Shown: positions 8,450 to 17,339, numbered from the stretch's first letter. The stretch is DNA of 64,000 bases from Bacteroidaceae bacterium (GCA_045645965.1 JAZRJU010000006.1:2422-66421); one strand, 5' to 3'. The notes: a model not told the origin generated them from the letters alone. Program-made: numbers and translations.

Positions 8450-8821
8450 ATGAAAAAGATTATGACTTTGGTAGCCGCCATGTTGATGGCCGTTGCCGTA
8501 AATGCAAGCAATAAGAGTGTGGAATATGCAACAGAGGCTCCCGGCAAGGTTGCTCCCTTCAGCGAGGTGAATGTAAATGTTCCTTCACGCGTCAGAGTGA
8601 TCCAGGGCGAAGACTACGGAGTGATGGTAAACGGTACGTCCGTGTACGACTCCACTCAGCTGGTCTTCGATGTAAGGGACGGTGTTCTCTACATAAGCAC
8701 CAAGTGCACTGACATGCTTTCAGCATCGGGCCGAGGAACGGTGATTACCGTCATTACCCCTGCCAATGATATTGACATCAAGACAGGTGACGACGTACAG
8801 CCGCTCCGCAGAAAGAGATAG
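8450..8821 (+). CDS. small secreted hypothetical protein (possibly DUF2807/adhesin-head-like)
   Basis: 123 aa with signal peptide MKKIMTLVAAMLMAVAVNA and a beta-rich remainder. The family call is tentative. Confidence 0.55.
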   Translation: MKKIMTLVAAMLMAVAVNASNKSVEYATEAPGKVAPFSEVNVNVPSRVRVIQGEDYGVMVNGTSVYDSTQLVFDVRDGVLYISTKCTDMLSASGRGTVITVITPANDIDIKTGDDVQPLRRKR

Positions 8822-8918
8822 AAAAGTTTTTGGTTAGATTATAGATTGTTTAGGTTTTTAGGTTTCTGTACCATCCTTTAGGTAATAAAACAGAACATAA
8901 GGAAATGGTTAGGTCCGT

Positions 8919-8970
8919 GAAACCCTCCGTCTCGCTAAGGGATTGGAGGGTTTCTTGTGTTCTTTGTTTT
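8919..8970 (+). terminator. hairpin GAAACCCTCC-N16-GGAGGGTTTC plus T-rich tail
   Basis: 10-bp perfect stem followed by TTGTGTTCTTTGTTTT, about 100 nt after the stop of 8450..8821. Confidence 0.5.
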
Positions 8971-8975
8971 ATCAA

Positions 8976-9159
8976 CACCGAGGACACAGGCTTGAATATA
9001 GTATTTGTTCGCCGAACGAATACCGAGGACAAGGACGTGACAATACCGAGGACAAATAATGCTCTTATTTTGCTTATAGGAACGCAACACGAGGCGATGC
9101 CCTTCGTAACGTGAGACGAAGGCAGTTGTGTCGTGAGGCGATGCCCTTCGCAACGTGAG
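8976..9159. repeat. local direct repeats: (C/T)ACCGAGGACA x3 and a 26-nt unit x2
   Basis: ACCGAGGACA occurs at 8976, 9021 and 9045. GAGGCGATGCCCTTCG(T/C)AACGTGAG occurs at 9090-9115 and 9133-9159. Confidence 0.8.
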
Positions 9160-9169
9160 GCATTTGCCC

Positions 9170-9484
9170 CTATCTCTTTGCTTCCTCCTCCAGGAGTTGG
9201 CGCTTGCGTTCAATCATTTCTCCTTTGCGCTCGCCATGGAATCCGCCAAGGGAACCGTTCGAGGCTACAACCCTGTGGCAAGGCACTTCGGGAGCAAAGG
9301 GGTTGCGCCTGAGTGCCTGCCCCACGGCTTGGGCGCTACGGCATCCAATGCGCCGTGCCAGTTCGCCGTAGGAGATGGTTTCTCCACGTGGCACGTTCAG
9401 GAGTTCCAGATACACACGCCTTTGAAATGGGGTGATGTCCGTGGAGTGAAGTACCCTCTGCCTTATGTCCATGTCCTTGCTCAT
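9170..9484 (-). CDS. ogt: methylated-DNA--protein-cysteine methyltransferase (MGMT C-terminal domain only)
   Basis: 104 aa with the active-site PCHRVV motif and an HTH region. It starts 3 nt after the HK stop. Confidence 0.85.
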   Translation of the reverse strand: MSKDMDIRQRVLHSTDITPFQRRVYLELLNVPRGETISYGELARRIGCRSAQAVGQALRRNPFAPEVPCHRVVASNGSLGGFHGERKGEMIERKRQLLEEEAKR

Positions 9485-9487
9485 GTC

Positions 9488-10345
9488 TCAGGGCGCTATG
9501 ACGAAGGTGGTGTGGTACGAAGGCATGGGGCGCTCGGCCAGGGTGAGTTTCATGCCCTGCATCACTATCATCTGTCGGGACAGGGACAGGCCTATGCCCG
9601 AACCGCTCCGTTTGGTGGTGAAGAAGGGGATGAACATTTCCCTGCGCACCTCTGCCGGGATGGGAGCACCGTTGTTGCTAACGTACAGAGCCTTGTTCCA
9701 CCTGATGTCCATGGCGGTGGCACCTGCCTCCACGGCGTTCTTAGTAAGATTGGTGAGCACCTGCATCATCATGCTCTCGTCGGCACGGATGCAAGTGTCG
9801 GGGGCAATGTCCGTATACCATGTGAGGTCGGGGTAAAGCGACCTGAGTGAATGGCAAAGGTCTGCCAGGTTCACCTCCCTTATGTCCGGTTCCTGCACCA
9901 GGGTGATGGTGCGGAAGTTGCGCACGAAGTTGGAAAGGCTCTCGCTGGTCTTCTGTATGGCCAGTATGCCCTCCTCGTAGGGAGTGCCCTTTATGTTGGG
10001 GTCTGACAGGTAGGCCTGGCTGATACTGCTTATGGGCGTGGCGGCATTCATTATCTCGTGTGTCAGCACACGGGTCAGTTTCTGCCACGACTCCACCTCC
10101 TTCTGTGCGGTAAGCACGTTTATATCCCGGCTCAGGTCGTTCAGCGCATCCTGCATGGCACGCTCGCCGAAGAACAGGCCTCTCAGGGGCAGGCGGAAGG
10201 TGAAGTCGCGATTTCTCACCGCCTCGCGCATCAGGTGAGCACGGTCGCGTAGCAGGCACTGGTGGCGGTAGAACCTTATGCCTAGATACACCAGACACAG
10301 CACCGCCAGCGCGGCCACCGCTATGTGTATTTCCATCTCTGTCAT
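9488..10345 (-). CDS. sensor histidine kinase (single TM segment, no periplasmic domain)
   Basis: The start is placed at MTEMEIH, where the ATG overlaps the RR stop as ATGA. H-box LTHEIMNAATP, N/G boxes (TNLTKNAVEA, GSGIGLS). Confidence 0.85.
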   Translation of the reverse strand: MTEMEIHIAVAALAVLCLVYLGIRFYRHQCLLRDRAHLMREAVRNRDFTFRLPLRGLFFGERAMQDALNDLSRDINVLTAQKEVESWQKLTRVLTHEIMNAATPISSISQAYLSDPNIKGTPYEEGILAIQKTSESLSNFVRNFRTITLVQEPDIREVNLADLCHSLRSLYPDLTWYTDIAPDTCIRADESMMMQVLTNLTKNAVEAGATAMDIRWNKALYVSNNGAPIPAEVRREMFIPFFTTKRSGSGIGLSLSRQMIVMQGMKLTLAERPMPSYHTTFVIAP

Positions 10346-10863
10346 CTCTTCATCTTGGCATAAAGGGTTTGTCGTGTGATGCCCAGCATTTCGGCAGCCT
10401 TGCTGATGTTGCCGTGGCACTTCTCCACGACACGGTGGATGTGTGCCGTCTCCACCTCCTCCAGTGGCACTATCTCCTTGCTCTTGTCTATGGCATCCTT
10501 CAGTGTGCGCACCAGTTCGGCATTGTCCCAGGGCTTGGTGACAAAGTCTGCCGCTCCGTCCTTCAATCCCCTCACCGCCAGTTTGATGTCGGCGTATGCC
10601 GTTATCAGTACCACGGGCACATCGGGGTGCAACTTGTGTATGCTACGGAGCCATAGCAATCCGTCCTGCCCCGAGTTCACGCCCAGGGTGAAGTTCATGT
10701 CCAGCAGAACAATGTCTACGTTCTCCTGATTCATGGTGGCAGGGATGCCCTCCGGTGAGGTCAGCGTTATCACCTTCTCGAACACGCCACCCAGACATAT
10801 CCTGGCCGCGGTGAGTATGGCAGGATTGTCGTCCACCACCAGTATGGTTCCGTAGTTCTTCAT
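10342..10863 (-). CDS. response regulator, REC plus Fis-type HTH (NtrC-like, lacking the AAA+ module)
   Basis: 173 aa: ILVVDDN...VLLDMNF receiver, and C-terminal GNISKAAEMLGITRQTLYAKMKR (HTH_8). Confidence 0.85.
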   Translation of the reverse strand: MKNYGTILVVDDNPAILTAARICLGGVFEKVITLTSPEGIPATMNQENVDIVLLDMNFTLGVNSGQDGLLWLRSIHKLHPDVPVVLITAYADIKLAVRGLKDGAADFVTKPWDNAELVRTLKDAIDKSKEIVPLEEVETAHIHRVVEKCHGNISKAAEMLGITRQTLYAKMKR

Positions 10864-10886
10864 AATCTTTTGCTTGTGTTACGCTA

Positions 10887-10894
10887 CAAAGGTA
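10887..10894 (-). promoter_or_regulatory. -7 box TACCTTTG for the RR-HK-ogt operon
   Basis: The minus strand reads TACCTTTG about 24 nt upstream of the RR ATG. Confidence 0.6.
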
Positions 10895-10953
10895 AAGAAA
10901 AGTTGGCAAAGACGTACATTTTTCCCCTCCAACCTCTTTCATCTGTCCGATAG

Positions 10954-10970
10954 TGTATGATTTTTAGACA
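10954..10970. promoter_or_regulatory. degenerate copy of the TGTATGA-TTT-TCATACA palindrome
   Basis: TGTATGATTTTTAGACA lies about 60 bp upstream of the RR -7 box. It has 2 mismatches to the copies at 12177 and 12200. Confidence 0.45.
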
Positions 10971-11062
10971 CTCTTGTGCGTAAAGTTCGTCCTATAAACC
11001 TAAAGACAGCACATATTATAAAAATATTCAAGAAGAATCATTGCTTATGAATTAAAATGTTG

Positions 11063-11070
11063 TACCTTTG
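11063..11070 (+). promoter_or_regulatory. -7 box TACCTTTG for the Abi gene
   Basis: Canonical box about 69 nt upstream of the ATG at 11139. Confidence 0.55.
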
Positions 11071-11138
11071 CGCTGACAGTTTCCGCCACGCTTCCCATAG
11101 AACAGCGAACCAGGGCGGAACTTTTGCTTTTTATTGCT

Positions 11139-12032
11139 ATGATATACTCAAAGGCTCCATTAGATTACGAAGAGCAGATTAAGATGCTGAAAGAGCGTGG
11201 ACTGATTATTGCTGACGAACAGAAAGCCGTAAATAGTCTGAAGATTATCAGTTATTTCCGTCTGGCAAATTACCTTCGCCCGATGGAATACGACAAGGAG
11301 AATCATTTCTATAAGCCAAACAGTTTTTTCGAGAATGCCATAGACCTCTACTATTTTGACAAGGAACTACGAGGAATCATTTTCGCAGCGGTTCAGTCCA
11401 TAGAAATTGCGTTGCGCTCAAAGATGATACACCACATATCGATGAAATACGGCGCGTTTTGGTTTATGGAACCGTCGCTTTTCAAAGATAGGAATATCCA
11501 TGAACAATGCCTGGCTGCTATGCGACAGGAATTGGCTCGCAGCAAGGAGGAATTCATTACCGAACATAAGGCAAAGTATACAGAACCTGATATGCCTCCT
11601 GTATGGAAGGCATTGGAAATAACATCTTTTGGAACTCTATCCAAGTTGTTTTGCAACTTCAATGATAATTCCCTTAAAAAGAAGATTGCGCGAGAGTTCA
11701 ATGTGCCACAACATCTTGTATTGGAAAGTTGGGTGAAATGCGCAGTCAACATACGCAATTGTCTTGCTCATCACGCACGAGTCTGGAATAGGAAATTTCC
11801 AATCATGCCACAACTTACTGGTTCATTCCGAGGCAACTGGATTAAGAATACCAATTTGCCAATAGCGAAATTGTATCCCCAACTCTGCTATATGCAGTAT
11901 ATGCAAGTCCAAATTCATGGCAATGACGATTTTAAACACAAACTGAAGGGACTATTGGAGAAACATCCCAATGTTGATATCATGGCTATGGGATTTATTG
12001 AAGACTGGGAAAGTGAATCGTTATGGAAATGA
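11139..12032 (+). CDS. Abi_2 family (AbiD/AbiF-like) abortive-infection protein
   Basis: 297 aa. The N-terminus PLDYEEQIKMLKERGLII, then ISYFRLANYLRP and RNCLAHHARVWNRKF, match my memory of Pfam Abi_2. The ORF-track TTG start at 11124 is replaced by the ATG at 11139. Confidence 0.8.
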   Translation: MIYSKAPLDYEEQIKMLKERGLIIADEQKAVNSLKIISYFRLANYLRPMEYDKENHFYKPNSFFENAIDLYYFDKELRGIIFAAVQSIEIALRSKMIHHISMKYGAFWFMEPSLFKDRNIHEQCLAAMRQELARSKEEFITEHKAKYTEPDMPPVWKALEITSFGTLSKLFCNFNDNSLKKKIAREFNVPQHLVLESWVKCAVNIRNCLAHHARVWNRKFPIMPQLTGSFRGNWIKNTNLPIAKLYPQLCYMQYMQVQIHGNDDFKHKLKGLLEKHPNVDIMAMGFIEDWESESLWK

Positions 12033-12091
12033 AGAACCGTTCCGATAAGTAAGAAATCATACAATCGTACTTTGTCACACAACTCTGATAT

Positions 12092-12137
12092 AGGGATAGC
12101 CAAACTTATTGATTTAGCAAAGAGTTTGGCTATCCCT
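12092..12137 (+). terminator. 14-bp hairpin AGGGATAGCCAAAC-N18-GTTTGGCTATCCCT
   Basis: Perfect inverted repeat about 60 nt after the Abi stop. The T-tail is weak. Confidence 0.5.
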
Positions 12138-12176
12138 GCTTTGTGTGCCTATATTCGTTTTCGTTATACCCAATTG

Positions 12177-12216
12177 TGTATGATTTTCATACAAGACGCT
12201 GTATGATTTTCATACA
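12177..12216. promoter_or_regulatory. two tandem 17-bp palindromes TGTATGA-TTT-TCATACA (TGT-N11-ACA), 23 bp apart
   Basis: Identical copies at 12177-12193 and 12200-12216, 51-90 bp upstream of the ABC-transporter -7 box. Confidence 0.6.
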
Positions 12217-12266
12217 ATCTGCTTCCGTGCCGTGCTTTTCTCTTGGAGGCAATGGGAAGTTTGCCA

Positions 12267-12274
12267 TATCTTTG
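12267..12274 (+). promoter_or_regulatory. -7 box TATCTTTG for the ABC transporter genes
   Basis: Canonical box about 59 nt upstream of the ATG at 12333. Confidence 0.6.
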
Positions 12275-12332
12275 TTGGCAGAAAGCGCAATGGTATACCT
12301 TACATAAACATTATTAAACAAAAAACAGACGC

Positions 12333-13013
12333 ATGATAAGAATAGAGAATATCACAAAGACCTTCCGTACCGAGGAGGTGGAGACCATGGCACTGAACGG
12401 TGTGAGCATGGAGGTGAAGGAAGGCGAGTTTGTTGCCATCATGGGTCCGAGCGGATGCGGCAAGTCAACTCTGCTGAACATCCTTGGCCTGCTGGACAAT
12501 CCCGATGGCGGCACATACATGCTCGATGGCGAGGAGGTGGCAAATATGAAGGAACGCGAGCGCACACGTCTGCGCAAGGGACGCATAGGCTTCGTGTTTC
12601 AGAGTTTCAACCTCATAGACGAACTCACCGTGGAGGAGAACGTGGAACTCCAGCTCAAATACCTCGATGTGTCCAAGGCCGAGCGCAAGCAGAGGGTGCT
12701 GGACATCCTGCGCCGTGTGAACATGAGCCATCGTGCCAAGCACTATCCCCAGCAGCTCTCGGGCGGTCAGCAGCAGCGTGTGGCCATAGCACGTGCCGTG
12801 GTGGGTAAGCCGCGCCTTATCCTGGCCGACGAACCTACGGGCAACCTCGACTCCAAGCACGGACAGGAGATTATGGAACTGCTCTCCCAACTGAACGCCG
12901 AAGGCACTACCATAGTGATGGTGACCCACTCGCAAAAGGATGCCACACATGCCCACCGTGTCATCAACCTCTTCGACGGTCAGGTGGTGGAGAATATGAA
13001 CGGGTTGCTGTAG
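12333..13013 (+). CDS. ABC transporter ATP-binding protein (MacB/LolD type)
   Basis: Walker A GPSGCGKST, signature LSGGQQQR, Walker B ILADEPTGNLD. Confidence 0.93.
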   Translation: MIRIENITKTFRTEEVETMALNGVSMEVKEGEFVAIMGPSGCGKSTLLNILGLLDNPDGGTYMLDGEEVANMKERERTRLRKGRIGFVFQSFNLIDELTVEENVELQLKYLDVSKAERKQRVLDILRRVNMSHRAKHYPQQLSGGQQQRVAIARAVVGKPRLILADEPTGNLDSKHGQEIMELLSQLNAEGTTIVMVTHSQKDATHAHRVINLFDGQVVENMNGLL

Positions 13014-13040
13014 ATGGGGACCCATCCCGGCCTTCCCTGT

Positions 13041-13172
13041 TTTATCCACCCTCTCCCCCCTTCGGGGTACTCTCCCTGTTCAGGGAGAGAAAGTGGGTGA
13101 TAACGTTAGCAGTTGTTGCTAACTGTCCCTCTGAGACAGGGGGACGAGGAGCGAAGCGACGGAGGGGGTATG
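13041..13172. repeat. RepF composite repeat inserted between the ATPase and permease genes
   Basis: TTATCCACCC...GGGTGATAA with nested hairpins, then CCCTCTGAGACAGGGGGACGAGGAGCGAAGCGACGGAGGGGG. The latter is the reverse complement of the word at 38801-38840. Confidence 0.8.
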
Positions 13173-13225
13173 ATAATACCTTTGCCAAATCTATACTCCA
13201 ATACAATTACAATACAATTACAACA

Positions 13226-15598
13226 ATGAAATCATACTTTGTTTTTCTAAAGCGCAACAAACTATACACCGCCATACAGGTCTTCGGCCTTGCCATGGCT
13301 CTGGGCTTTGTCATTCTGCTTGCCTCGCATGCACGTAATGAGTATATGGTGGGCAAGACGCAAGCCATGGCGGACAAACTCTATGTGATGGGCTCGCACA
13401 ATTTGGCAGGCCTGACGGTGGGCACGGGCCCCGAAATATGCCCCAAGATACCGCAGATAAAGGGCTACACACGTGTGGGCGGCATCCGTCCGTGGGACGT
13501 GAAGGTGGGAGAGAACGGTTTCTCCACCAATGCCATGGCCCTGGACAGCACTTTCTTCCAGTATTTCGACTATGAACTGCGCGGATGCGACCGCAAGAAG
13601 GTGCTGGCTTCGCCCACGGACATCCTCGTGAGCGAGGAGTTCGCCAAAAGGGCCTTTCCCGACGAGGACGCCATAGGCAAGACCATAACCCTGTTGGGGC
13701 AGGAGGAACCGCTGACCATCGTTGGTGTGATGGAGACTTTTGACGAGGACGACATCTTCACACGTTCGGAGATATTCTTTTCCATGCAGGTGGAGGAACA
13801 GAGCCGTGCATGGTTGGACAACTTCGGTTCCATCGTCACCTTCGTCACCCTGAACGAGGGTGCATCCGTGGAGGAGGTAAAGGAAGCCTTGCTGGATAAG
13901 TATATGGAGGTTTGGAACATGTTCTGGACACGTGAGCCCAAGGACGGAAGTTTCCTGGGCGGAGTGTCACTTATCCCTTTGAACGAATTCTATTTCTCCA
14001 ACCTGGCCACCAACTCAGGCTTCAGGCATAGCGATGCCACAATGGTGTGGATACTGGTGTGTGTGGCATTGGTGCTCCTTGTGTCTGCCATGTTCAACTA
14101 CGTCAACCTCACCACGGCCCTCATTGGCAAGCGTGCCAAGGAGATAGCCACACGCCGCCTTCTGGGCGATAGCATGGCAGAGGCCGTGGGGCGCAATCTG
14201 TTGGAGTCGCTGGTGTTTACGGCAGGGTGCTTTGTGTTCGGATGCATGGTGGCATTGATTATGCGCCCGTGGTTTGAGGAGTTGATGGATTTGGAAATAC
14301 CCCTCTTTGACGACTTCTTCTCCATTCTGGCCGCCGTAGCCCTGCTTCTGGTGGTATCGCTCGTGGCAGGCTTGATTCCTGCGGTGATAGTGGCTCGCTT
14401 CAAGCCCATCGATGTGGTGAAGGGTTCGTTCCGTTTCCAGGGCAAGATGCGCCTGAGCCGTGTGTTCATCGTGGTGCAGAACCTCATCAGTACCACCCTT
14501 ATTGCCATAGGGCTTGTCATGCTTGCACAGATGCACCACCTTGCCACCCTGCCCATGGGTTATCGTACGGAAGGACTGGCGGAGATAGAGTGTTATACGT
14601 ATTCTTTCAATGTAGAACAACTGACTCCCATCCGCGACCGCTTGTTGGCCATGCCACAAGTAAAGCGAATCGGGTGGGCAATGAACATGCCATGGCAATG
14701 CCAGACAAACGGAGTGCAGGAAAAGGGCAGTGGTGATGAACCTGTGTCTTCATGGACCTTCTATTCCGCAATGGATACAACCTGTATGAGCATGCTCGGT
14801 TTCGAGATAGTGGAGCAGTACAGTGCCCCCGAAGACGGCAAGCATTACATTACAGAGGAAACGCGCGACAGGTATGGCGTAAGTGCCGACAATCCCCTTG
14901 TGGGCGGTCAGGTATCGGGCACGGCCAGTTATCCCGTTTGTGGTGTCATCAAGGACTATCGTTCGTTTAATCCCGTCAGTGGCAACTCCATGGCCGACGG
15001 ACACAATATCATTGCCGTAATGATGAATCCCCCCCGTTCCGCACGCATGATGGTGGAACTCTCCGAAGAGGGCATGGAGGATGTGGATGAGAGCATCAAG
15101 CAGATGCAGGAAACATGCCGTGCCGTAACGAAGGAAGCATGCGGAGTAGAAAAGGACTTCTACATCCGCACCGTGGACGACATCCTTGCCGAACCCATGG
15201 AGGAACTGGAGAGCCTGCTCCTGATAGTTCTGTGCTTCATGTTCGTCTCCGTGCTGATTTCCGCCCTTGGCCTCTTTGCCATGTCCATCAGTTATACCGA
15301 GCAGCAAAGCAAGCAGATAGCCATCCGCAAGGTGATGGGTGCATCGGTGGCGAGTGCCTCATGGCAATTGGCACGCCCCTTCCTTCTGCTTTGTCTTCTG
15401 GCCGCCGTATTGTCCGCACCCCTGGCCGTCAAGGGTTCGCAAATGTATCTGGAACTATTCCCCAACCGTATCGGCTTCCCCTGGTGGCTTCTCTTCGTCT
15501 CCGTGCTCGTTACCCTGCTCATAGCCTTCCTTTCCATCTGCTGGCACACCCTCTCCGTAGCACGCCGCAATCCGGTGGAAAGCATAAAGACGGAGTGA
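13226..15598 (+). CDS. ABC transporter permease, FtsX/MacB type (two FtsX modules)
   Basis: The start is placed at MKSYFVFLKRNKLYT. The upstream 43 codons of the ORF track read through RepF. The architecture is a large MacB-like permease. Confidence 0.88.
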   Translation: MKSYFVFLKRNKLYTAIQVFGLAMALGFVILLASHARNEYMVGKTQAMADKLYVMGSHNLAGLTVGTGPEICPKIPQIKGYTRVGGIRPWDVKVGENGFSTNAMALDSTFFQYFDYELRGCDRKKVLASPTDILVSEEFAKRAFPDEDAIGKTITLLGQEEPLTIVGVMETFDEDDIFTRSEIFFSMQVEEQSRAWLDNFGSIVTFVTLNEGASVEEVKEALLDKYMEVWNMFWTREPKDGSFLGGVSLIPLNEFYFSNLATNSGFRHSDATMVWILVCVALVLLVSAMFNYVNLTTALIGKRAKEIATRRLLGDSMAEAVGRNLLESLVFTAGCFVFGCMVALIMRPWFEELMDLEIPLFDDFFSILAAVALLLVVSLVAGLIPAVIVARFKPIDVVKGSFRFQGKMRLSRVFIVVQNLISTTLIAIGLVMLAQMHHLATLPMGYRTEGLAEIECYTYSFNVEQLTPIRDRLLAMPQVKRIGWAMNMPWQCQTNGVQEKGSGDEPVSSWTFYSAMDTTCMSMLGFEIVEQYSAPEDGKHYITEETRDRYGVSADNPLVGGQVSGTASYPVCGVIKDYRSFNPVSGNSMADGHNIIAVMMNPPRSARMMVELSEEGMEDVDESIKQMQETCRAVTKEACGVEKDFYIRTVDDILAEPMEELESLLLIVLCFMFVSVLISALGLFAMSISYTEQQSKQIAIRKVMGASVASASWQLARPFLLLCLLAAVLSAPLAVKGSQMYLELFPNRIGFPWWLLFVSVLVTLLIAFLSICWHTLSVARRNPVESIKTE

Positions 15599-15602
15599 GG
15601 GG

Positions 15603-15722
15603 AACGGAAAAGTGAAAACGGAAAAGTGAAAACGGAAAACGGAAAACGGAAAACTGGAACAGGACGAAGACGAGGACGAGAACTGCGACTAAACGGGTTC
15701 TGGAACATGGTAGGGACGCTCA
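15603..15722. repeat. RepA tandem words plus a RepC head (ATGGTAGGGACG)
   Basis: AACGGAAAAGTGAAAACGGAAAAGTGAAAACGGAAAACGGAAAACGGAAAAC begins immediately after the permease stop. Confidence 0.85.
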
Positions 15723-15830
15723 CCGCTCATCCGCTCACCGTTTATCACTCTAACATAAATATATTTGTGATGATTAGCATATATCTGCCCTCCCGATTGT
15801 GATAATTATGGAGTAGGCTTCCCCAAAAAC

Positions 15831-15857
15831 GCCCCGAAGATGTGATATCCTCGGGGC
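15831..15857 (-). terminator. hairpin GCCCCGA-N13-TCGGGGC plus T-run
   Basis: On the minus strand the stem is followed by GTTTTTGGGG. It lies about 28 nt after the stop of 15885..17150. Confidence 0.65.
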
Positions 15858-15884
15858 GTTGTTTTATATTAGGGGGTGTTCTTA

Positions 15885-17150
15885 TTAATCGGCGATAACG
15901 TCCTTGATGCCGGTCTGGTCTTCCCAGATAATCTGGAAGTCTGGGTGGTAGCCGGTGAAGGCCTTCTCGTCAACCTCTGTGCCAACGGGAATGTATGCTG
16001 CCAGCAGGTTGGGACAATTCTCCACTGCCCAGGCCTCAATCTTCTTGGTGCCGGCGGGGAATATTACCTCCAGTACGTTCTTATGACCGGTCATTGTCTC
16101 CTTGCCATAAACCTCGGCAGGAATCAGTTCTACGCAAAGTTTGGCAGAGGGGATGTAGAGGGGAGATGTGCTGTACTTGTCGTACACAACACCCTTGTAG
16201 CTCTTCAGAACCTGGTTTTCGGGATCCACGTGTGCTTCCTCAACATTGGGGCCATGCTCCTTCAATCCATAGATGCCATCCTGGCCTATGCTGATGATGT
16301 TCTTGCCAATGTAGATTTCCTTCACGTTCTCGGGCAGGTCCTGTGTGGGGCTGAAGCAGTCAATCTTGTACTTAGCGCCATTGTTCAGTGTCACGCTGAA
16401 GGGCACCACGAAGGCATCCTCGGCCATGTTCACGGCATTCAGGTTCAGCTTCTCCTTGTCGTAGTTGTAGGAGTAGAGCTCTGTCTCCAGGAAGTTGCCG
16501 TCGGCAGATACAGGGATGAACATCTGCTGGTACTTGTCCAGTTCCTCGGCCTTGTATTCAAGGCTGTTTGTGGGGTCGCTCAGTCTCCATGCTCCGCTAT
16601 AGTAGGCATAGTTCCATGCATGTCCCATGAAGGCTCCGCTGTTCAGCCAGCCGTTGGCATTGATAACGGGGATTCCCTGGGTGTGGAGCATCACATTGAG
16701 CAGGTTGGCATAGCCCTGGCAAACGGCCTTCTTGTTCAGGAACACGTCGTATGGCTCGTTGCTTACGTATCCGTCGGCATATTTCACGTTCTGTCTGACA
16801 TAGTTGTAGATGAGGCGGTAAACTCGTGCATCGGTTGTGGCGTCCTTGACAAGTTCGTCGGTAAAGGCCTTGATTTCCTGGAGCTGTTCTTCTGTGGGAA
16901 CCTTGAAATTGCCCATTCTTTGGAAGAAAGCGCTGTCGGCACCCTGCAGTATGTGGAGGAGCCTCTCGGCAGGCATGCCGGGCAGTGACTTTGCACCGTC
17001 GTCCTCGGGGAAGGCACGGGTAAGGTTGGCCGCAGGCTGTTCTGTGGGTTCGTTAGGGATGATGTCGCCTGTGCCGTTGATGTCGTTTGAACAACTGGCC
17101 AGGAGACCTGTTGCCAATGCAAGTGACAGGATGTAGTAGTTTTTCTTCAT
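15885..17150 (-). CDS. lipoprotein with a transglutaminase-like cysteine-protease core and BspA-type LRR C-terminus
   Basis: Start at MKKNYYILSLALATGLLASC (lipobox). CQGYANL...GHAWNY...SDPT forms a C-H-D triad pattern, and the C-terminal repeats are LRR_5-like. Confidence 0.75.
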   Translation of the reverse strand: MKKNYYILSLALATGLLASCSNDINGTGDIIPNEPTEQPAANLTRAFPEDDGAKSLPGMPAERLLHILQGADSAFFQRMGNFKVPTEEQLQEIKAFTDELVKDATTDARVYRLIYNYVRQNVKYADGYVSNEPYDVFLNKKAVCQGYANLLNVMLHTQGIPVINANGWLNSGAFMGHAWNYAYYSGAWRLSDPTNSLEYKAEELDKYQQMFIPVSADGNFLETELYSYNYDKEKLNLNAVNMAEDAFVVPFSVTLNNGAKYKIDCFSPTQDLPENVKEIYIGKNIISIGQDGIYGLKEHGPNVEEAHVDPENQVLKSYKGVVYDKYSTSPLYIPSAKLCVELIPAEVYGKETMTGHKNVLEVIFPAGTKKIEAWAVENCPNLLAAYIPVGTEVDEKAFTGYHPDFQIIWEDQTGIKDVIAD

Positions 17151-17339
17151 GTCTATTATTGTGTTATTGGTTTGTATTCGTTGCAAATATATGGAAATAT
17201 ACTATAAAACACGGAAATAGGCGTGTTAAATATTGCAAAGAGGTAGTAAAGAGTTACCAACAGGCTAAATGCCGCCTCTATTGAACGGCTACGAGCGGAC
17301 CCACCGGTGGTGGTGGTCCGTAACACCTTGAAACGAAAA

